A program made the position numbers and the translations under genes. The notes under the pieces were generated by a model. The model did not search any database. It saw only the letters and a program-made list of their open reading frames with translations, and was not told where the DNA came from. Positions 27,200 to 35,184 of a stretch of DNA of 64,000 nucleotides are shown here, one piece after another (the first letter of the stretch is position 1; each line of letters begins with the position of its first letter). The stretch spans positions 928,001-992,000 of the forward strand of contig OY782391.1 of NCBI GenBank assembly GCA_963677745.1. The letters run 5' to 3'. Source of the DNA: Candidatus Altimarinota bacterium (GTDB lineage Bacteria; Patescibacteriota; Gracilibacteria; UBA1369).

Positions 27200-27223
27200 G
27201 CCGAATAGTTGGTCACGTAACCA
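27200..27223. repeat. Intergenic copy of the GCCGAA...TGGTCACGTRACCA element
   Basis: TGGTCACGTAACCA at 27210-27223, one mismatch to the palindrome at 44515. Confidence 0.5.
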
Positions 27224-27238
27224 CCCGCCTCCTGATGT

Positions 27239-28093
27239 TTAGACGGACAACCAATAGAACCAGCCTAAGAATACCAGCACGGCTGCTATTCTGTACCAGG
27301 CAAAAACAGCCAGAGTATGTTTCTTCAGATAATTCATCAGAAAACTGATGGCCAGCCAACCGGCGGCAAAGGAACTGGCAATTCCGATCAGCAGAATGTC
27401 CGTGGAAGGCATGGAATATTCTCCTTTGGCCACTTTCAAAACCGCAAAAGCCGTGGCGGCCACCATGGCGACCGACCCCAGTAAAAACGAGAACCTGGCC
27501 GCCTTTTCCCTCTCAATTCCCAGAAAAAGTCCGGTGGTAATGGTCGCTCCCGACCGTGACACTCCCGGTACCAGGGCCAGCGCCTGTGCCAGACCGATCA
27601 AAAGCCCGTCCAGATGAGAAAAACTCGCCCTGTGGCTCCGGCGTTTTTTATAAAGATATTCGGCCAGTAAAAAGACCAGAGCAATTAGAAAAAGCATCAG
27701 ACAGACAGGCAGGGGAGCCAGAAAATGTTCATCCAGCCAGTCTCCCCACAAAAATCCCACTGCCACCGCCGGGATCGTGCCAATAATCAGGGTGATAATC
27801 AGTTTCTGTTCGGACTGCAGATTTTTGGCCATTTCCAGCCCTTCCACCGGCTTGCGTGAAGGCCTGATCCACAACCACAAAGCCCGCAGCAGCTCCACTA
27901 TGTCCCGGCGGAAATAGATCAGTATGGCCATCAAAGTCCCAAAATGAACGGCAATGTCAAAAGCCTTCAGTGCCACGGCATCGTTTAGTCCCAGCAGTCC
28001 CTGGAAAAGCACCAGATGGCCTGACGAGGAAATGGGTAGAAATTCGGTTATTCCCTGCAGGATACCGAGTAATAAAGCCTGTAGATATGACAT
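27239..28093 (-). CDS. uppP: Undecaprenyl-diphosphatase UppP/BacA
   Basis: QGITEFLPISSSGH, HFGT, PGVSRSG, AARFSFLL. Confidence 0.96.
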   Translation of the reverse strand: MSYLQALLLGILQGITEFLPISSSGHLVLFQGLLGLNDAVALKAFDIAVHFGTLMAILIYFRRDIVELLRALWLWIRPSRKPVEGLEMAKNLQSEQKLIITLIIGTIPAVAVGFLWGDWLDEHFLAPLPVCLMLFLIALVFLLAEYLYKKRRSHRASFSHLDGLLIGLAQALALVPGVSRSGATITTGLFLGIEREKAARFSFLLGSVAMVAATAFAVLKVAKGEYSMPSTDILLIGIASSFAAGWLAISFLMNYLKKHTLAVFAWYRIAAVLVFLGWFYWLSV

Positions 28094-28096
28094 TTT

Positions 28097-28579
28097 TTAT
28101 TTTAAATAAACATAGATTGCGCCGAATCCCCCGTGACGGAGGGCGGCGGTGCAGTATTCCCTGACCAGATGATTCTTCATCATTTGATTGAGTTTTTCAA
28201 CCACAATTGGTCGTAATTTGCTGACGCCGCCCTCGCTGTTTCTGCCGATGCCGGTCACCACAATTACAAAAATATGCCCCATTTCACGGCTTTCCTGAAT
28301 AAACCGGTCCAGCAGGACTTTGGCTTCTTCAGTCGTATGACCATGCAGGTCCAGTGAACTTTCGGGGTTTTCCGGATAGCGTCTGCCGGTTGACTCAAAA
28401 CACTTCCGCCGTTCAGCTTTTTCCTCGGGTTTGAATCCTTTCATTCCCCTTGCTTCAAACATTTCCGCAAAGGTCCGTAAATCCCTTTCTCCGTCCTGTT
28501 CTCCGGATTTTTCTTCTCCAAATTTCCGGTACTGTTCCTCCCAGGTTTTCTCCCGATTGTATCCTCCTGAAAAAGTCAT
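28097..28579 (-). CDS. Smr domain protein
   Basis: LDLHGHT, IVVTGIGRNS, HGGFGAIYVYL. Confidence 0.9.
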   Translation of the reverse strand: MTFSGGYNREKTWEEQYRKFGEEKSGEQDGERDLRTFAEMFEARGMKGFKPEEKAERRKCFESTGRRYPENPESSLDLHGHTTEEAKVLLDRFIQESREMGHIFVIVVTGIGRNSEGGVSKLRPIVVEKLNQMMKNHLVREYCTAALRHGGFGAIYVYLK

Positions 28580-28685
28580 CCGGAAAATTAAGTTAGAATT
28601 CTAAAATGCCATGTAAACACCTAAAAGTCAAGCAAATCACTGTCCAATTTTCTGAAACATCAATAGGCTGGCTTCCACAAGCCAA

Positions 28686-28964
28686 TTATGGATTATCTTC
28701 TCCCCCCTCCGACCAGGGATTACAGCGTATTACCCGCCAGATTGCTTTTGGTATGCCCCGAAACAGACCGTATTTTTTAATTGACTGTTTTCCATACTCC
28801 GAGCAGCTGGGGTGAAATTTGCAATAGCCGTAGGGAAACAGGCCCCTCAGTATTCCATGATCCGGGGAAAGCGTTTTCTGATACAGCCAAATCAGCCCGA
28901 CTAAAGGCAACCTGGGCCAATAGAGAAGTTTAGAAATAATTGCCCGGCGATTTTTTGACTCCAT
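28686..28964 (-). CDS. yidD: Membrane protein insertion efficiency factor YidD
   Basis: YQKTLSP, CKFHPSCSEY, RCNPWSEGG. Confidence 0.9.
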   Translation of the reverse strand: MESKNRRAIISKLLYWPRLPLVGLIWLYQKTLSPDHGILRGLFPYGYCKFHPSCSEYGKQSIKKYGLFRGIPKAIWRVIRCNPWSEGGEDNP

Positions 28965-30156
28965 TTTGTATTACTTCAAAGTGCAGATGGATGCCGGTGC
29001 GCCCGCGTACATTGCCGGTGCGTCCCTGTTTACCGATTACCTGTCCCTGTTTAACCACGTCTCCCACTGACACAGACAGGTATTCCATATGTGCATAAAG
29101 AGTCTTCAGGCCGTTTCCGTGATCGATGATGATATGGTTTCCGTATCCACCTCCATAGGTGCCGCTGGAGGCCTTAATAACGGTTCCGTCCATGGCTGCC
29201 CAGATCGGAGGTTTGCTGGTATCGGAAATATCATAGGCATAATGGCCGGGATGATAACCCTGTGTCAGTTTTCCTCTGGTCGGATAAATCATTGTTTTGC
29301 CGCTGGCCGGAGTAGCACCTGAACTCGAACCTATATCCGAGCCTGCTACCAGTTTTGAGCTGCCCACATTGGCTTTTCCATAGACCAGACGTCCCGCAGA
29401 GGCGACTCTGGTGGCAGTGTCTCTGGCCGGCAAAGGTTTGGCGCCGGGTATAAACAGAGCTTCGCCCTGTTTCAGCGTAGCACCGGCGTCCATTTGGTTC
29501 TGCTTGAGGATGGCCTCTGCTTCTATCCCATAGACGGAAGCGATTTTTTTGATATCCTGACCTTTTTCCACCACGTGGGTTACTCCGTTTACCGGAGGGA
29601 TTACCAGTTTCTGTCCGATCTTCAGGGTCGAGCCGGCATCCAGTCCGTTTTCCCAGAGTACGGTATTGGTCTTCAGTCCATACTCTTCCGCAATCGTGGA
29701 AATTGTTTCACCCGAAGACACTTCATGGATGATACGACCGTTCATGGCAGATCTGTCGGAAAATTCGGTTTGGGGATTGATTTTGGGGATATATCCATCT
29801 TCCGCCGCAACCATCAGTCCGTCCCCATAATACTGCTCTACACCCTCCAGTTCGGGGGCAAAATAAGAATTCTGGGAATAAACGTTCTCAGGGTTGATGG
29901 CGCCGATGGCAAACACGGCCAAAACCGCCAGACTGTAGGACCTGAATAGCTTGCCGGTCGTGGAAAGTGTTGAAACGCGTCTTGCCGGAGCCTTTAATTC
30001 GATCTCTTTGGTTCCGATGAAGTTGAAAGGAGTGAATAGTTTCTCAAAAACTTTGGCACCGGCAAATACCTTTCTGTGCCTGGCCTTCCTGGCTGCCAGA
30101 TTGGGTGAGAGTCCGATACCTGCACTCTCTAATTGTGAATTGTTGGTCGTACTAAT
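28930..30156 (-). CDS. LysM-LysM-M23 peptidoglycan endopeptidase, probable non-canonical ATT start
   Basis: Two LysM repeats, HYAYD, YAH and HLHFE. The frame is open upstream of the TTG at 29922 as far as 30192 with no ATG/GTG/TTG; the start position is inferred. Confidence 0.85.
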   Translation of the reverse strand: MSTTNNSQLESAGIGLSPNLAARKARHRKVFAGAKVFEKLFTPFNFIGTKEIELKAPARRVSTLSTTGKLFRSYSLAVLAVFAIGAINPENVYSQNSYFAPELEGVEQYYGDGLMVAAEDGYIPKINPQTEFSDRSAMNGRIIHEVSSGETISTIAEEYGLKTNTVLWENGLDAGSTLKIGQKLVIPPVNGVTHVVEKGQDIKKIASVYGIEAEAILKQNQMDAGATLKQGEALFIPGAKPLPARDTATRVASAGRLVYGKANVGSSKLVAGSDIGSSSGATPASGKTMIYPTRGKLTQGYHPGHYAYDISDTSKPPIWAAMDGTVIKASSGTYGGGYGNHIIIDHGNGLKTLYAHMEYLSVSVGDVVKQGQVIGKQGRTGNVRGRTGIHLHFEVIQNGVKKSPGNYF

Positions 30157-30358
30157 GGTAGTTAATTTAAGATTTATTGTGTTTCCCTGGTCTCAGTTAT
30201 CTGCCGCCTCCCTTATCTTCCGGGAGGTTGGAAACAGCGAGCTTTCCCTTATTTAATGCCCTTTTTGTCTTTGGTTAAGCTATAAAAATCAACACTACAA
30301 CCCCAATCATAACAGAAATCATAAAAAAATCAATAATCTGTCAAGGGGGAAGTCAATC

Positions 30359-30574
30359 CTATCTGATGAATTTCAGTAATCCCATGTGTCTGGCACGCTT
30401 GATTGCCTGTGACAACATCTTCTGATATTTCAAATTGACGCCGCTGTAATAACGGGCCACGATCTTACCATATTTTGAGACGTGTTTCCGCAGCAGATCA
30501 ACATCCTTGTAATCAATGTACTGTACGCCATTGGCTGTGAAAGGACATTTCTTGTTGTACTTGTTTTTTGCCAT
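30359..30574 (-). CDS. rpsR: 30S ribosomal protein S18
   Basis: IDYKDVDLL...GKI...AIKRARHMGLL. Confidence 0.96.
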   Translation of the reverse strand: MAKNKYNKKCPFTANGVQYIDYKDVDLLRKHVSKYGKIVARYYSGVNLKYQKMLSQAIKRARHMGLLKFIR

Positions 30575-30608
30575 GATAAAAAAAGATAATTTATAAATTT
30601 ACACCCTT

Positions 30609-30977
30609 TCAGGCCTGTTCCTTTGGTTTCAGTTCTTCCTGATGGGTGGCCTTGATTTCCTCCAGTGATTTCGGTTCGTACTTGATCGGCAAACGGACAA
30701 TCAAATGTCTGATTACTTCCGTATCCAACCGCAGACCTGTTTCCAGTTCCTTCAGCTTGTCGGGTTCGAAACTGAAATCGAAAACCGCGTAATATCCCTT
30801 GGAATGGCCTTTCATCTTGTAGGCCAGGTCCCTTTCCCCCCACAGGTCCTCGAAGAAAATCTTTCCGGATTTGGAAAGGTTCTTGCGTATTGATTCCAGG
30901 CGTTTTTCCACACCCGCCTGTCCAATCCCCATGTCGATGATCACCATCAACTCGTACTTGTTGTCTGTATCAGCCAT
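30609..30977 (-). CDS. rpsF: 30S ribosomal protein S6
   Basis: YELMVII, WGERDLAY, VIRHLIV; start at ATG 30977. Confidence 0.95.
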   Translation of the reverse strand: MADTDNKYELMVIIDMGIGQAGVEKRLESIRKNLSKSGKIFFEDLWGERDLAYKMKGHSKGYYAVFDFSFEPDKLKELETGLRLDTEVIRHLIVRLPIKYEPKSLEEIKATHQEELKPKEQA

Positions 30978-31227
30978 CTTTGTTTGGTTAAGTAATAAAT
31001 TAGCTTTAAGGCAGCTTCCCGGAAGGTACAAACCGGCCGGTACTGGCCAAAAAGCACAAAGAAGCGTTGGGAGTCTAGCAAATGACTTGGCAGAAAGCAA
31101 GTGGCCTGAAAGTATACGACACAACGAGTGCAAAAAAGGTCAAGGATATATTGAGCGGAGAGTGGCTTCCCGCCTTCGAAAAACGGCCTTTTTATGCTAA
31201 AATAAAAGGATTAATTAACGCCAAGCC

Positions 31228-31800
31228 ATGAAAAAAATTCCTACAGAAGACTTCCTGGGCAAAAAAGCTCCGGCCTATCATCCCTCCGTTTTCGAAAATA
31301 ATCTGGACGAATCCCATCCCTATCCCGATTTTGATAAAGCCGTCTTTTCCTGGATCGCACCGGAATATCTGCAGCATCCCAAAACCGTCCGCTGGTGGGT
31401 GATCGCGGCAATAGTGCTTCTGGTTGCAATCATCATTGAGGCCGTGGTCAGCAACTGGACCATGCTGGCGGCCACGGTTACTTTCGCGGCGGTTTATGTC
31501 TTCATGCACGAATTCCGTCCACCCAAACACACCAAGATCAATATTTCCGAACTGGGTATCAAGATGGGACACAGAAAAATCCCCTATGCGAAAATTGAAT
31601 TTTTCTGGATTATTTACAATCCTCCGCATGTCAAAAGGCTTTGTCTGCGGCTCAAGGACCATTTTATTTCCGATCTGGTGATCGAACTGGAAGATCAGGA
31701 CCCCCTGGCAATCAGGGATTATCTGGAAACGCAACTGGTTGAACTGGTGAACGTGCATGAGGGGTTTACCGATGTTTTACTTCGTCTTTTAAAACTCTAG
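31228..31800 (+). CDS. Conserved-looking 2-TM protein with PH-like C-terminal domain
   Basis: WIAPEY..HPKTVRWW, two TM helices, ISELGIKMG, FFWI. Confidence 0.75.
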   Translation: MKKIPTEDFLGKKAPAYHPSVFENNLDESHPYPDFDKAVFSWIAPEYLQHPKTVRWWVIAAIVLLVAIIIEAVVSNWTMLAATVTFAAVYVFMHEFRPPKHTKINISELGIKMGHRKIPYAKIEFFWIIYNPPHVKRLCLRLKDHFISDLVIELEDQDPLAIRDYLETQLVELVNVHEGFTDVLLRLLKL

Positions 31801-31801
31801 G

Positions 31802-33424
31802 ATGTTTGATCCGACTTCACAACCAGGTGAACAGCCGCAAGTGCCGGAAACGACGCCAGCCCCGGTAGAATCGGGAACGGCGGCGCCGGCAGGCAAAGCT
31901 GCCGAAAAACCGGAGGAATTTGATAAACGTATCGCCAAACTCAGCGAAAAGTACGAGAAATTCGGAGAAGATAAGCTGAAAGAAATGAGGCTCCGCTATT
32001 CAGTGGCAGGGGCCAAAGCTGATCTGATCACCGGCCGCTACAAAAACGCCATCCGCAAAGTCGAGGGCGCCAAAAAAGAAAAGTTTGCCGAGATGATGAG
32101 ACAGGAAAAAGAAAAATTTTCCAGTATTTCAGATGAGATGAAAAGCAAGACAACCTCCAATTTGCTTGAAGAAGGGGAGAAGGAAATGGTCGGTATTTAC
32201 GATCCCTACCAGAAAATACTTACTCATGTCCGCGGACTGAACAGGCTGGAGGAAAAAGACCTGACCAAGCTGGAAGCGCTTTTGAACGCGCTGAACAGCA
32301 TGAAGGCCAATCCGAAACTGGAAGGGATCTTTTTGAAGGCTTTGGGAAAGGATCTCCTGGACCCCAAAGAAATGCAGTATCTGGTTGAACAGATTAAACC
32401 GGTCAATCTCAAGCAATGCCTGGAACAGGGGAAGGGTGAGGAGATTTTTGAGGCCAGCCAGTTGGGTTCGATCATCAGTGTAATGCAGGAAGGACAGAAA
32501 CTGGAACTGGTGGCGATGCTGTTTGCCAGCAAGCCCGATGATGCCGGTAAGATTTTGGACGTCTTGACTGTCACCGGACAGATCAGCAACCTGCAGCTGA
32601 AAAACCTGCTGGATAACAGAAAAATACCGGATCCACCGGCCAGCCAGCTTCGTAAGCAGCTGGAAGAAGGCGAGCTGGCCAAAAGACAGGAGGAATATCA
32701 GAAAAAAGTTGATACCTTGGGCCGGGTAAACGAAGGCCGTACACCCGAAAATCCGCTGGCCAAGACGGTCGGAGGACCGGCAATTTTTGGAGCAATGACG
32801 CTCTGGGGAGCGGCTACAGCTTTGGTCAACTTCAAGCTCAGTATGGATTGGGACAATCCGGACGAAGGAATTGCCAGAGTTCTCAGTAATGAATACTTCC
32901 TGCTGGGTATGGGCGTGGCGGGAGTGGGTGTAGCGGGCACAACCTCCATCGTGGCTCCCGAAACTTACGACAAATACAAACAGAAATTCGTAGGATTTTT
33001 CAGCGGTCCGGAGAAAAAACAGGAACAGGTGGCAGCCCAAAAGGATGAACTGACCGGCTTTATTGAAGCCCAGATGAAGAGAAACCCCTACTTGATGGGA
33101 TTTCTGACCGAGAGACAGGGCGAGGACGAATTTCCGGGCGTGATCCCCAAAAGAACCGGTTTGGAAATTATCAAGGAGCTGGTAGCGGAAAAACAGGCCT
33201 CCAAACAGACCGTCAGTTTTTCTTTCGAGGAATTGTCCGCCAAATCCGGCCGCCGCCAGAAAGAGCTGCTGACCGGTGCCTACCGACTGGAAGGCGGCAA
33301 GGATATCAACTTGCAGGACAGCATCAGAAACATCATGGCCGGACTTTATCACATGAAAATGGATGACCCGGAAAACCTGGTCGCAATGGTTAAAGACCTT
33401 AACCACAAACAGGGAATCGCTTAA
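31802..33424 (+). CDS. Hypothetical helical protein with internal hydrophobic hairpin
   Basis: 540 aa, Lys/Glu-rich; two Gly/Ala-rich hydrophobic segments in the C-terminal half; no signal peptide. Confidence 0.8.
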   Translation: MFDPTSQPGEQPQVPETTPAPVESGTAAPAGKAAEKPEEFDKRIAKLSEKYEKFGEDKLKEMRLRYSVAGAKADLITGRYKNAIRKVEGAKKEKFAEMMRQEKEKFSSISDEMKSKTTSNLLEEGEKEMVGIYDPYQKILTHVRGLNRLEEKDLTKLEALLNALNSMKANPKLEGIFLKALGKDLLDPKEMQYLVEQIKPVNLKQCLEQGKGEEIFEASQLGSIISVMQEGQKLELVAMLFASKPDDAGKILDVLTVTGQISNLQLKNLLDNRKIPDPPASQLRKQLEEGELAKRQEEYQKKVDTLGRVNEGRTPENPLAKTVGGPAIFGAMTLWGAATALVNFKLSMDWDNPDEGIARVLSNEYFLLGMGVAGVGVAGTTSIVAPETYDKYKQKFVGFFSGPEKKQEQVAAQKDELTGFIEAQMKRNPYLMGFLTERQGEDEFPGVIPKRTGLEIIKELVAEKQASKQTVSFSFEELSAKSGRRQKELLTGAYRLEGGKDINLQDSIRNIMAGLYHMKMDDPENLVAMVKDLNHKQGIA

Positions 33425-33432
33425 TAAAAATT

Positions 33433-35154
33433 ATGAACTACGATCCGTTATACATTCAGAAATTAACCAAGCTGGTCAACGAGGTGCTTAAGGATGAAGC
33501 CCGATACTACCGCCGTGCCAATACGGATTTTGCTGAACTGCACGATCAGTTTTTCAACAAGGTCAAGGAAAACAATTTTGCCTCCCTGCCCGAAGAAACC
33601 CGCAAGAAATTTAGAAAATATTTTTACGAGGGTTCCGATCTGACCACTCCGCGCCAGGACGTCCCATTTACCGGATCGGAGGAACAGCAAGCCTTCTTTT
33701 TTGACTCGCTGCGGATGCAGGTGCGCCATTGCACTTTCGGTCTGGATGAAATGAGATTTTTGATACCGAGCTTCTCCGATGAAAAAGCCACCGAGCCAAG
33801 CTTTTCCAACGCCCAGTCTGAACTGCTGCGCAGGGGGCTAGTTTTCCCGATCATGCAGGGACTGGAACAGCGTGAGATCAGTCTGATTGAAAAGAAAAAG
33901 ACCGGTGGGGAACAGCTCGCTGAAAGAGAGCCGGCCAACGCCAATCCTTATCAGTCTGCCGGAGACAAGATTCTGGTACAGAGCGAGTCCGGGGAATTTG
34001 ATTCCATACTGACCTATGATCAGCTGCTTATCCTGGCCGGATTTAAAGGAGATCTGGAAAAAATAAAAGAATATCTCCGCGCCAACGGACTGAATATCAA
34101 GCTGGACGAAAACGGAAATGTCTTCACCTATCTGGGATCTCTGGGAATTTCCGCCTATGATATCCCGGGCAACGGGCCGGCCGGACAAGACATCCAGTCC
34201 AATGCCAGCTTTTCATTTTCCCAATTGCTCGGTGAAATGAAAGCCAGGCAGGGCAGGGCAAACCAGTATAAAAGTCTGATTGCCGGCAAAGGCACCTTAA
34301 GTCTCAGTCAAAATAATTTTACTTATACGGATGCCGCAGGAGCGGAAGTCCCGTTAAACGGCCTGAGTCTCAAAATTGATCAGGGCGGCAACGGCTCCAA
34401 TGTGGTATTTGTCCTGACCGATAACGGAGACCGGGAAGGCAGAAACAGTACTTCCACCCTGGTGGAACTGAATGTGGATGATGACAGAGCCGGACAAAAT
34501 CCGCAGGAAAAATTAACATTTTATGAAAATCCGCAGGAAAAAAGTCCCACCGGTCCCACTATGGCCATTGCTCCGGCCGACCCCCGTCTGCAAATCCCGC
34601 TCCGCCAGCTTTATGAACAGGTCAGCCAGCCTCCCCAATATGAAACCTTTCCCGCTGCTCCGACGCCTCATCCCCGTGGAGAGGGGGGCGTGCCTGAAAT
34701 GCCTTTGGGCGTAGCTCCAACAGCAGGAGCCATTCCTGTGCCGATGACACTAAGATTGAATCTGGGCCGTCCCGAAATAACAGTAAAACAACCTCCTGCC
34801 ACCGCAACGGAAGAACCGGGAGTAAGACGTACTGTCACCACACGACGCCCCACCCCGACCTATACGGTGGCTCCCAGAACGTCAGCCACCGCCTATGGCA
34901 GATCCTCCCGCCCCAAAATCTTGGCCAACGCCCCGGCTCAAAGGCCGTCTCCCCGCCCCGGACAGCCCGCCGGTCCGGCAACCGGACCGGCCAGAGGAGG
35001 AAAGGTTACCGCCGAAGACCAAACCGCCCAAACCACTCCGCCGGCCCCCGGAAAAAAGACCAATCCCTTGATAGCGCTTATTCCCGGTGCGACTGTTTTA
35101 GGCGGCAGCGCTGTAGCGGCCCTACTTCAGGTACTGATGATGCCGCCCAAATAA
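33433..35154 (+). CDS. Hypothetical protein with Pro/Thr-rich linker and C-terminal hydrophobic tail
   Basis: 573 aa; ends KKTNPLIALIPGATVLGGSAVAALLQVLMMPPK. Confidence 0.8.
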   Translation: MNYDPLYIQKLTKLVNEVLKDEARYYRRANTDFAELHDQFFNKVKENNFASLPEETRKKFRKYFYEGSDLTTPRQDVPFTGSEEQQAFFFDSLRMQVRHCTFGLDEMRFLIPSFSDEKATEPSFSNAQSELLRRGLVFPIMQGLEQREISLIEKKKTGGEQLAEREPANANPYQSAGDKILVQSESGEFDSILTYDQLLILAGFKGDLEKIKEYLRANGLNIKLDENGNVFTYLGSLGISAYDIPGNGPAGQDIQSNASFSFSQLLGEMKARQGRANQYKSLIAGKGTLSLSQNNFTYTDAAGAEVPLNGLSLKIDQGGNGSNVVFVLTDNGDREGRNSTSTLVELNVDDDRAGQNPQEKLTFYENPQEKSPTGPTMAIAPADPRLQIPLRQLYEQVSQPPQYETFPAAPTPHPRGEGGVPEMPLGVAPTAGAIPVPMTLRLNLGRPEITVKQPPATATEEPGVRRTVTTRRPTPTYTVAPRTSATAYGRSSRPKILANAPAQRPSPRPGQPAGPATGPARGGKVTAEDQTAQTTPPAPGKKTNPLIALIPGATVLGGSAVAALLQVLMMPPK

Positions 35155-35184
35155 CAAAAAAATAAAAAAAATTATCAACCAACC

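Noticed and set aside
30978-31133. Long N-terminal extensions on rpsF (also murG, lspA, recF, miaB) in the ORF track
   Set aside because: Artefacts of taking the first possible start; family homology begins at downstream ATGs.
32129-33406. 425-aa antisense ORF
   Set aside because: Antisense shadow of 31802-33424, explained by codon bias.
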